DNA from: Tricharina praecox
Lineage: Eukaryota
Length of the DNA: 64,000 nt
Reading direction: 5' to 3'
Assembly (NCBI RefSeq): GCF_024521635.1
Contig: NW_026250445.1
Coordinates: 62,001 to 126,000 of the forward strand
Below the pieces are notes generated by a model. That model searched no databases and was not told the DNA's origin. It saw only the letters and a program-made list of their open reading frames with translations. The translations under genes were made by a program, and so were the position numbers. How positions within the stretch are numbered: the first letter of the stretch is position 1; every line of letters starts with the position of its first letter. Shown piece by piece: positions 13,257 through 24,117 of this stretch.

Positions 13257-13973
13257 ATGCGTTCCATCACCCTCCTCGCCTTCCTTGTTGCTGCCGTCGT
13301 CGCCGTCGTCTCCCCCGCAGTCGAGGGTCCTCCCGGCGCCGCGATAGTCCCCGTAGCCGAAGCCGTCGTCGCCCCGCCTCCAAACGACGGTCTGCTCGCA
13401 TCGGTCATGTCGGCAGCACCCGACACCCCCGTTGCCGCCGTCGCCGATGTCCTCCCAACACCAGCCGTCTCGGTCCCCGTCGTCGACGCAGCCACCTCGG
13501 CGCTCGTCTCCGCTGTCTCCGCGGCCCCGTCCCTCGTCGCCAGCGCAGTCCTCTCCCTCGCCGACGCGGCCACCTCCAACCTCGCCTCGCGCCTCCCCAA
13601 AACCGACTCCCTGATCCCGACCGCCCTGCCGAGTCTCATCAGCAGCCCGCTCTCACTCGCGCTGCCGACCGCGCACTGGGGCTCGAACATGACGATGACC
13701 ACCGCGACCGCAACCACCACCACCGCGACGACCTCCGCCGCGCCGACGGAAACGGTGTACCCAGGCGGCCTGGACGACCCCACACTGGACAAGCCGTGCT
13801 ACAACAGCAGCTGCAACAACCCCGAGAGCGACATGAACTTTGCGGTGACGCTGAACGTGGATCCGCCCAAGACGGCCGACGTCGAGGGCGCGGCCGCGGC
13901 AATCATGCGGCGCAGCGGCGTGGGCTTCGCCGCTCTCGCGGTTGCCGTCGGCAGTGCTATGGTGCTCCTCTAA
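13257..13973 (+). CDS. Secreted Ala/Pro/Ser/Thr-rich, probably GPI-anchored cell-surface protein (238 aa)
   Basis: Signal peptide MRSITLLAFLVAAVVAVVSP, S/T/A/P-rich body, C-terminal 'GAAAAIMRRSGVGFAALAVAVGSAMVLL*' typical of a GPI signal. The ORF-track start at 12987 is upstream of the likely ATG. Confidence 0.8.
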   Translation: MRSITLLAFLVAAVVAVVSPAVEGPPGAAIVPVAEAVVAPPPNDGLLASVMSAAPDTPVAAVADVLPTPAVSVPVVDAATSALVSAVSAAPSLVASAVLSLADAATSNLASRLPKTDSLIPTALPSLISSPLSLALPTAHWGSNMTMTTATATTTTATTSAAPTETVYPGGLDDPTLDKPCYNSSCNNPESDMNFAVTLNVDPPKTADVEGAAAAIMRRSGVGFAALAVAVGSAMVLL

Positions 13974-16017
13974 AGTACGGTTCGGTTCGTGTTAGTTGTC
14001 TTGTCCGCTCTGTCTGTCTTATCCTGCGTTTCAGCGTTGCCTTCCTGTCTTTTTTTCGTTCGAATAGGTTGTAATAGCTTAATAGCTCTCTCTCTCTTTT
14101 GTTATTCCCTTTCATCTCCTTCGCTCTCCTGTTCATCTTGCCTTTCATTTGTTCTGCATTCGCATTGGGTTGCGGGGGAGGGGGGAGGCGTGGAATATTG
14201 ATGTTGTAATCTTGTTTCTGTGTACATATATTTGTGGTTGCGAGGAGGGAGGTTTTGTATATTTGTGTGAGAGGCTGCGAGTAGAATTCCGAGAGAAGGG
14301 CATGTGTGTGTGTGGAGGGGAGGGGGTGGGGGTGGGGAGGGGGTGGAACTGGTAGAGATGGAAATGGTGGTGGTGGGGAGCGGTTGGGCGGAGAACGGCT
14401 CGGATCAAGGTCTTGAATGGAAACGTTGTTCGTCAACCATGAGTAGCCAAGTACCTATCTGGAGTATCGGTGGAGTGAATGTGCAATTAACAGGGATTGG
14501 GCAGAGCGTATCACTGTCATATCACTCGACTACCCAGTGGTGTTGCAAAGAAGAGATTTCCTCCATCGTTGCGATGAAGCTTGGTGCCGCACGGTATTGG
14601 GTCTGTACTGGGTCCGTTACGGTACGCATCTGGGCCATCACGACGAAGGATGAGTACTGTAGACATCACGTTTACGGCGAACACCCCAGATTTCTTCTAC
14701 ATACCTCCTATTTAACATTCCTCCACGACCATGCTCTCGAAACAGACGGGGCGATACCTAGGTAGTAGGTCCTGCTCATACGCATGCTGACTGTCGATTT
14801 CGACCCAGCACCCCGCTTCCGTTGAGTGCAACTGCGGAAGTGGGGACTCAAGACGGGATATTCTCGGGAACCCGGAAATTGCTTTGGATTTCCCGCAATC
14901 ATCGAGCGCGTTGCTTCGCCATCCACAACATCGCCAGCCTCGGATATAGCTCAGGTGTAGATGCTTTCTTTTTTTCTAATGTAATCAGGACTTGATTTCG
15001 CGGCGAGGTGAGCTCTTGAGGAGCGAATCGACTTTTATTTCCAACTCGTACTATCCGACATACATACCTATGTACCTAGCTGAGGGGTGATATTCGGGAC
15101 TCGAATGTCCGGGGGGTTTAATGGTGTTCGCATCTCATTTCATTTCAGTGTTTGTCCTGGGTTGAAGAAATCCAATAAGACCAACAGCGCAAGCATTGAA
15201 GCCCATGCTCGCTGATACATGGATTATCACTCACCACGGACGCAGTCCAGCTCCGGATATTGTTAACAATCGAACGAAGTCCCGCATTTAACGATCAAAC
15301 AACTGAGATCAACCATTCGAAAAGGTTGCCGTAGTCTAGCACAGCCGGTCGCAACATTAAATTAATGTAGTGACAGGAGGTGAGGCTAGGTACTGCTAGT
15401 AACGTTAGGAAATCCATTCCGAGTTTTTCACTTCCAACTTCCAGGCCGCCATGGCGGAGGGCACAGGTTTCCTCATCGAGCCGGCCTTCGGGGCTCTTCT
15501 CAGCTAAGAGTCGGACTGTACACGGGATGGATTTATGGATAGACACCTATTATCTATAGGGAGAGGCCTATGAGACGAGGCGGGTGATGAGCGTAGAAGT
15601 ATCCCAACACAGATATCTGATTTCAAGTTCCAGTGAAAAAAAGAAGAAAAAATCATTCCCCCTGTATCCGCTTGGCCTAACGTACATATAGAAAACTACA
15701 ACCAGGGCTGGGGTGACCCAAAAGCTATGAAATTCCTCCACAAGAATGCCCAGACATACATCGACTCTTACCCCAGAGTCGTGGTAGCAGAACAGGTTTT
15801 GAAAACAAGCTAGCGATACGAAAATAGACGCGTATATGAACTCGAGGAATCCCGTCACTATATAGTAGACAGCCAAAGAAACTACAGCGCCGAACCGCAC
15901 AGTGCCCCATCCCTAACCCCGAAGCAATATCATCAGGCCCTATAATAACGTCTTGTCGTGTGCATATGACCTCAGATGTGGACCTACTGCCAATTGATTA
16001 CCCGAATTGCGGCACCG

Positions 16018-19000
16018 TCAGGACTTTGCTCCTAACGGCCCCTGGGAAGAGTAGATATGAGGCAGTAATGCTACTACAGCTTGAGCGGTCCGTAGAGTGT
16101 CAGGATGGCCCCTTCCGAGGAGTTTCTCCCTGCCTTTGAGGGCCCGCTGGTACCACTCTAGGGCTTTGTCGTACTCTCCTTGAAGACCGAAAACATGGGC
16201 CATGTTGGCAACGATAGTGAGAGTGTCAGGGTGGTCCTTTCCCTGCGATTTCTCACCGCCATCGAGGGCTCTCTGAAAAAACTCCAGGGCTTTGTCGTAC
16301 TGGCCTTGGGAACTGAACATGGCGGCGATGTTGTTGACGGTGGTGAGAGTGTCAGGATGGACCTCTCCTAGCGTTTTCTCCCTGCCAACAAGGGCCCGCT
16401 GGTTCCACGCTAGGGCTTTGTCGTACTGGCCTTGGGAACTGAACACCCCGGCCATGCTGTTGACGGTGGTGAGAGTGATAGGGTGTTCCTTTCCCAGCAA
16501 TTTCTCATAGCCATCGAGGGCCCGCTGGTACCACTCCAGGGCTTTGTCGTACTCGCATTGCGAAGTGAAAATGTGGGCGATGTTGTGGATGGTGGTGAGA
16601 GTGGCACGGTGGTCCTTTCCCAGCGATTTCTCATAGCCATCGAGGGTCCGCTGGTACCACTCCAGGGCTTTGTCGTACTCGCATTGCGAAGTGAAAATGT
16701 GGGCGATGTTGTGGACGGTGTTGAGAGTGTTACAGTGGTTCTTTCCTAGTGATTTCTCCCTGCCAACAAGGGCCCGCTGGCACCACTCCAGGGCTTTGTC
16801 GTACTCGTATTGGAAACGGAACACCTGGGCCATGTTGTCGACAGTGGTGAGAGTGTCAGGGTGGTCATTTCCTAGCGATTTCTCCCTGCCGTCGAGGGCC
16901 CGCTGGTACCACTCCAGGGATTTGTCGTACTCGCATTGCGAAGTGAAAATGTGGGCCATGTTGTTGACGATGGTGAAAGTGTCAGGGTGGTCCTTTCCCA
17001 GCGACTTCTCATAGCCATCAAGGGCCCGCTGGTACCACACCAGAGCTTTGTCGTATTCCCCTTGGGAACCGAACACGCTAGCTATGTCGTTGACGGTGGT
17101 GAGAGTGTTACGGTGGTTCTTTCCTTGTGATTTCTCTCTGCCAACAAGGGCCCGCTGGTTCCACTCTAGGGCTTTTTCGTACTGGCCTTGGAAACTGAAC
17201 ACCCCGGCGATGCTGTTGACGGTGGTGAGAGTGATAGGGTGTTCCTTTCCCAGCGATTTCTCATAGCCATCGAGGGCCCGCTGGTACCACTCCTGGGCTT
17301 TGTCGTACTCGCATTGCGAAGTGAAAATGTGGGCGATGTTGTGGACGGTGGTGAGAGTGGCAGGGTGGTCTTTTCCCAGCAATTTCTCATAGCCATCGTG
17401 GGCTCGCTGATTCCACTCCAGGGCTTTGTCGTACTGGCCTTGGGAACTGAACACGTCGGCTATGTTGTTGACGATGTTGAGAGTGTCAGGGTGGTCCTTT
17501 CCTAGCGACTTCTCCCTGCCAACAAGGGCCCGCTGGCGCCACTCCAGGGCTTTCTCGTACTGGCCTTGGGATCTGAACACCCCGGCCATGTTGTCGACAG
17601 TGGTGAGAGTGTCAGGGTGGTCGTTTCCCAGCGATTTCTCCCTGCCGTCGAGGGCCCGCTGGTACCACTCCAGGGCTTTGTCGTACTCGCTTTGGTAACT
17701 GAACACGTCGGCCATGTAGTTGACGGTGCTGAGAGTGTCAGGATGATCCTTTCCTAGTAGTTCTTCCTGACCTGCTAAGGACCACTCGAACAGATTCGCT
17801 ACTGGCTTGTCAAGTCTGTGACTGGCATAGATTCGTCCCAATTGTGCGGCGGAGTAAAACACCAATGCTGCGTTTACCATGATTGGAGTCGTTGGCTCTG
17901 TACGAATTATGCTCCGTCGGACCGTATCCATGTGCGACCATACTCGCCTTTCGAAGTCCCAATCCTGCCGCGATTTTGCGTTGTAGTCTTTGGATATTCG
18001 ACCACAAAGAATAAGGGCCTCTTGGGCCTTCGTCTGCTGTGACCGAGCGTCCAGCCGTTCTCGAGCCCATAAGTGCACAACCGGATGTATCCAAAAGGCA
18101 TCCCTTGACCCATTCCGTCTTGCCAGGGAGATACGGAAAAGCTCCGCGCGTGACTCCAGAAGCCACTCTTCTCCTATACGCAGTCAGATGGATGAAATCA
18201 TGATCTAGCAGGTGCGCCCGCACCCTCTCCTGCCCAATCGAACAGTAGTTGACACCCCTCAAATAGCTTATCCGGAATATCTGCATGTGCTAGAAACCCA
18301 CATAGCAATAAAAGTTCCTGGGCTGGGTGTGAAAGCGAGGCAAATGAAATCTCCCACGTCGTAAAGATGGTTCGGTTCGAGTTCCGTTGATCTGATAACC
18401 ACTCGGGACCCCCTTTTTGTGCAAACGTTCGAAATGCTCCGTCCAACAGAGCCAAGTATCGCTGAAGCGGAATCTGCGTGTACGAGATGTATGAACCCGC
18501 CTGAGTTAAGGCAAGTGGCAGGAATCCCAGCTTTACAGCTATCTGGTTCGCGATATCAAGCTCTATGCGCCAAGTTAATAGTCGATACGCTGAGCGGACT
18601 ACCTACTCTGGTGCTTGCCTTCCGCCTTCACATCGTCTATGTTCGCGCTCTTCATGAACAGCTCCATGCCCGAATATTTGTCGATGTCATCGACGGCTAC
18701 TGGTATTCCCAACATTTTCAGATCGCTCTTCCGTGACGTAATAATCACATTGCCGGTATCGCAAGTTGGTAGGACGAGGTGAATGTCAACCGCATCGACG
18801 TCGTCGTAATTATCCAAAATGAGTAGCCAATTTTCATTTCCTTTTGTGGCTAGCCACTTCTTCAGTGCCCCAGTCACCTGTCCTGCCGCCGCTTCGGAAG
18901 AAACCTCGCCATCCAGACCCAGAAAGCCTCTCAGTCCCAACATCGAGGCGATATGCTCATATGAGGACCCCCGCTCCGCATACGCGGCGACAATATGCTC

Positions 19001-20096
19001 CACAATTCCTCGTGCACTTTGGGATAATGACGCCCCGTTGGTGACATCAATCCAGAATACCGTCGTGTATGAATCCGAGTATCGGAACGAATATTCCAGT
19101 GCAATGGAAGACTTGCCGATACCGCCGAGACCATATAGCACCACACTTCCGCGGGCCATCTGCCGGGCATCCGCAGATGCGCCTTCATTGAGGAAAGCGT
19201 GTATAGTGTCGATGATGTCGGCCCTACCGCAGAACATACGGTCGCGGTGGAACGGAAGGATTGGGTTCACTGCGAAAGAAGGTGTGGCGGATTCTTTCCG
19301 TCCTTTGCCTAACGTGTCAACCCCATAACTTGGCCCGTTAGGACCTCGTGAAGAGTACGTACTGTGTGATAGATCCCTTGGTTGCGGCCCGACAGGGAGT
19401 ATCCTTTGTAGACTTTCGTTGTATTCTTTCAACTGTCCGATCAAATCTTCAACCCTATTTCTACCAAGCAAAGACCATTGTAGTTTCTTCATAGTTGGCA
19501 GCGTCTTCTGCAAGCGTTCCGCGCTGCGTTTCAAATCCTTCACTTCATCCTCAAGCCCTGGCATTATCCGACCCAAACTTAAAAGAGTTGGATTCGTAAG
19601 AAGTTTGATACTGTCCTGGTCCAGTCCGGTCTGGGTTCCAGGGCCGTCCGTCGGGCGATGTGACGGAATGGGGCTCGTCCGAGATGGTAGACGGAAGAGC
19701 TGCCGTACACTATCGCGTTTCCTTTGGCGGTCGTACTGCAAGCCGTACTTCGAACTGTATTCGAGGAGCTCAAGAAATACTGCCGAAATTCGCGCTAGGG
19801 TAGATACGGCGAATCGGAAGTCGCAGTGGCTAGGATCGATCTTGCGATTACTCTCAAGCACCCAGACGTCGGCCCACTTCTCTAGCCAGCGCTTTTCGGT
19901 ATCGATTCGATGGCTAAGATCCGCATATTCCCGGCCGAACGATTGTATGGTTGACAGAAGGTTGTAGCCTTCCACGCTCGCTTTGACAAGCTGGCCGGCA
20001 AGCCCTACGACGGCAATACCTAAACCTGAGCGATCGACGACGATTAGCTGTTCACTCAGGACTGTCCGGCGTCGGCACTGTACCTGCAAATTCCAT
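16018..20096 (-). CDS. Fungal NLR-like STAND protein: HeLo/HeLo-like N-terminus, NB-ARC, 13+ TPRs (~1304 aa); exons 20096-20084, 20025-18619, 18562-18224, 18173-16018
   Basis: Spliced N-terminus MEFAGLGIAVVGLAGQLVKASVEGY..GREYADLSHRIDTEKRWLEKWADVW resembles HET-S/HeLo. Walker A GLGGIGKS, Walker B LLILDNYD, 'VIITSR', 'LGFLPLALTQAGSYI' and 'WIHPVVHLWAR' are present, followed by kinesin-light-chain-type 42-aa TPRs. Exon lengths sum to 3915 nt. Confidence 0.9.
16090..17790 (-). repeat. Intragenic 126-bp tandem repeat array (TPR units), 13 full units plus a partial
   Basis: Repeated 'YDKALEWYQRALxGxEKxLGKDHPxTLTTV' with 126-nt period. Confidence 0.95.
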
Positions 20097-23000
20097 GGTT
20101 CGAGTGATCTTGTTCTCAAGTTTCGTATGGAGTCAGCGTTGGTGTGATAGTTCGTGGCGGTGTTCCCGTTGCGATGCGGGGTAACAGAGCCCCATGTTTT
20201 CATTTTTCCTTGCTGCAATTAGGATTCAGCTTAAGCTGCAAGTAAGACGCCTGGTACCCATGTCTATCAAAAGCATTAAAAAAAACTCACTCTGGTTGGT
20301 GTTGCGGAAATTCGGGTGCCAGTGCGGCTGAACCAAAAATCGCCACAAGCCAGATAATAGGCAGCACACAAACCTAAAAAATCCCGCTTCCGCCGAGACA
20401 GCGTTTACTTTCCATATGGCGCCTGTTTCCTTGAGGGGGGTAGCGCAATAGGCGAACAACCTCCCCCTCGGTCAGGATGAACGTCTGACCATTTCCATGC
20501 ACTTCGAGCGCTTGGGTGATTTTGACACAACCCTCGCGACCACAGAGCTGTGATACAGCGGTCGTCACCGGCTGCTGCAGGCGGAGGCGCTTGGCTTTGG
20601 TACTTCTCGCGTTGCGAAGAAGCAGTCAGCTGTCCGATAGAGTACCGAGCAGCGTCTGAGCGACATTGGTAGCAGGCCGGACCACCTATATCCACGATGA
20701 CTCGACTATTATGGAGGAAGCGTAGCTTCGGGACGCGTACAGCCTGAGGCTAATCGGTCGAGGAGTTTCATCATGTAGAGAGAGATCAGCGATGGACTGT
20801 TGAATTCAGAAGAAGAAGCTTGATGCTGAAGGTCAAGGTGATCCTCCGGTCTCGAGCTCCTTGCACATTGTCTGGTGCCAAGGCGCTAGCTACGTCGTGT
20901 CCCGTGACATTCAGGTGACTTTCCCATGACAACTACAATATCCCAGCCACTCGTGTCCGTGTTTATTACATCCACATCTTTGATAGCTTGTGTGAAGAGT
21001 TTTGGGTAATGTGTTCGGTTAATGGATGATGGGAAGGGAAGGGAAGGAGATGAAAGATGGGAGCTGTGGGTTGGTGGGTGTGAGTTGGTGGAGAAATATG
21101 AGCTCCGAGGTGAAATTGAATGTTGGCTGCTGGAACGATTGAAGCCTTTCAGTCTTGCGAGAGTGGTATACCTCCTCCCGCGCTAGCGTGAAGAAATTAT
21201 CACCAAAAGCCACCTTTGCCGCGATCGTCGGATTACTGCCAACCATAGCGCATCACTCGTTATGTTCTCAGCGCACTTCAGCAAGGGGGAATTGGAGTAC
21301 CTAAGTCGACCACCGGTGGAAGTCTTTGCTACTAGTAGATTAAAGCAAGCTTCTCGGCCTGTACATAGAGATTTTATGTATCCCCGGCGGATGTTGAAGA
21401 CAATAAGGACCCACCAAGTTTCCCTCCTGTGCACGCAATCCCTGGCACCTAGACGGCTTAACCTCGCTCGTATAGATTGACTCTATAATTGCTAAGGCTC
21501 AGAGCACTCTGTACGTATCATGCATTCCTATTCACGTTTAACGCAAACATGCTAAGTTTCATCCCCTCCGAAAGCTCCCCAGCTTCCCCGTCCGAGCCTA
21601 GCCCATCGTCTTCATCCCCCGCCTACGCCGTCTTCATCCATTCAATGCCATCGTTAACGTCGCCGTCAATACTCCCTAAGTCGTGAAGATTAGCGAGAGC
21701 AGGACTCCCCTCTACAATGCCGTCCTCGTGCGGGATGCAGTCGCTTGCCCGCGGGATCACCAACGGTCGTAAATCGATCTCGACCAGTACCATATCCACT
21801 GTAGCGAGAGGGTATTTCTTAGGCGAGTTGTGGGTAAAAGAAACTAATAAGGACGTCTCGTAAACAAATGTCATTTGACCTTTCCTCCTTCTCGATGGTA
21901 GAGCCGCAATCTTTCGAATAGGTAGTCGCCATATCATCTCCAACTAGGTTTATGGTGTACGTCTCCAATAGGACATCCCCATCGTTGATCTAGGCTCCCT
22001 TTCCTTACTTCCTTTTCCTCCCGAGGCGAGAGGGGCAACCCTCCCTCTCCCTCATATACACTCACTAAACCCCCGGCCCCAGCAGTCGTCTGGCAGCATA
22101 GACGTATATTGATATTTCCCCTTTCGGGGCCGATGCTGCCGGGGGCTGGAGGGTTCCGGATGGTACCGGGCATACACCTACCTCTCCCGCACTGTCGCGC
22201 CTGGGCCGCCCCGTGGGCAGACCTCAGGCTCGGACACAGTGGGGGAGTTAGCGCGGGCCCTGCGCTTTGCGGCGAGCGGAGGTGATGACGACTCGTGGTC
22301 GTGTCCGGGTGGTGGTTTCATGTGAGGATATCGAATCCAGTCGCGGTACTTCACTCTCTTCTCCTTTGTGAACCGTGGCTGCATAGCCGTTATCTGGTAT
22401 GTAGTAATAAATTGTCCCGAGGTGTGGGCGACAGGGATCCTTCAACGTTCAAGATTTCTTGGCGGACTGGGATTGGATCCCAGACGCGAATGACGTCAGT
22501 TCACATGATATCACTCGCTTACTCGCAAACTCCGTCAATTGCGAATATGGATTACTTCGATAAAGATGAAGTCTATGGGTCTAGTGGTAATTACAAAGGA
22601 CATGCCGTTCAATGAACATGACTTCGTAACACTTTAAACTGGACACATCTGCGTATGTAGAAGGCGGATTGCCGAAGTCGGAGGGCGATAGTCAGGAGAG
22701 ATCTTCCGTGGCACCTAAGGTTTTCCTGAAAACGTGGCAGCCCGCTTTTAGCGCCCGAGATCATGTAGGACTCGGCTCGGAGCAATCCATGCAACCTTGC
22801 CACGCTCCTTCGCTACGCCGTAACTAGCCATGTGGGCACAGCTTCTGGAGATAGTCGCTTAGCTGACGCTATTGAACTTCATCCGCCGCAGGGTCGACGC
22901 GGTAGATGTTCTGAAAGCTGCGAGCAGAACGTGTATCCCCTGGAGCACAGGGGAAATGGTCGTTTCGGCAGTCGGAGGTTCGAGCTACATGCACAGTATA

Positions 23001-23517
23001 TCGGTGGCACCTGCAGCTGGGCATATGATACATAGAAATGCTCGCCGTCGTTCGAATCCAACACGCCGCAAGCACACCGGCAGACGAGCGTTGATTCAAG
23101 CCCGTTTCTTCTATGTGACGGAAGTGACAAGTTCAAGTACACTAGCGCTTTGCAAGTTTGGCAGTCACTCGACCTTTTTGGTCGAGAAAGTGATGTGCGC
23201 CTCGTTCTGATACCAAGAGTTGCATGAAACCCCTCTCTCCTCTCTCATCTCCCTTCCTCTCCTCTCCTCCCCTCTCCCTCTCCTCCCCTCTCCCTCTCCT
23301 CTCCTCTCCCTCTCCTCTACACAACACCATTCACCAACACACCGATCGCTGACACCACCTCAACCATCCTCTCTTCCCGTCTCTTTCTTTTCCTCCTTTT
23401 ACGCCACCATTCACCAACAACCTCCTTCGCACACTACACCTCAAACACCCACCCTTCCAATCCCAATCCACTACACACTACCACCACCCGTACTACACAC
23501 CCTACCAGCACATCACA

Positions 23518-24117
23518 ATGCGATTCACGATCACTCGCGTCTCAGGAGTAGGCTTCTTTGACCAGATGATGGCGGACTTCCCGTCGCCCAACAGGCGCAC
23601 CTGCAGATGCCTCCCCCTTCAGTGCAGCCACGTCGTACCGGAGATGGCCTCATCCTTTGCACGTACCCTCAATGCGCCTCCGCGTATTCCCTGCCGCACC
23701 CGTCGCAGAAACGGTCAAGCTACCAATACTCCCGCAGTCGAAAACGATGCGGTCACCTCCGAGAGTGCACTCAGTATGTCGAACGACGACGGAAAGCTTA
23801 AGGATGGCAAGGTCGAGGTCAATCTCGAGATCACCGACAAGATCACCGACAAGATCACCGACAAGATCACCGACAAGATCACCGACAAGATCACCGACAA
23901 GATCACCGACAAGACCAACGGCAAGACCAACGGCAAGACCAACGGCAAGACCAACGAGAAGCTCAAAGACTCTATCGAGACAGCCGAGGCCGCCGTTGAG
24001 GAGGCGAAGCTCGAGGTCGACGTCGCGGAGGGTACGAGCAACGACCCCCTCCCCTCCCCCCTCTCTCTTGTGTGGTCGAACATACTAACTATTGTGACAA
24101 CAGTCAACACGATGTAA
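23518..24117 (+). CDS. Orphan protein with (ITDK)7(TNGK)3 tetrapeptide repeats; probable intron 24032-24103
   Basis: ATG after a CT-rich leader and coding-like codon usage. Canonical intron signals GTACGA..TACTAAC..CAG, 72 nt and in frame. Confidence 0.55.
   Translation: MRFTITRVSGVGFFDQMMADFPSPNRRTCRCLPLQCSHVVPEMASSFARTLNAPPRIPCRTRRRNGQATNTPAVENDAVTSESALSMSNDDGKLKDGKVEVNLEITDKITDKITDKITDKITDKITDKITDKTNGKTNGKTNGKTNEKLKDSIETAEAAVEEAKLEVDVAEGTSNDPLPSPLSLVWSNILTIVTTVNTM
23829..23956 (+). repeat. 12-bp coding minisatellite (ATCACCGACAAG)7 then (ACCAACGGCAAG)3
   Basis: Directly visible. Confidence 0.95.

Noticed and set aside
23205..23216. TGGTATCAGA (minus strand) resembling a retrotransposon primer-binding site
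   Set aside because: Short match only, with no adjacent LTR or gag-pol.
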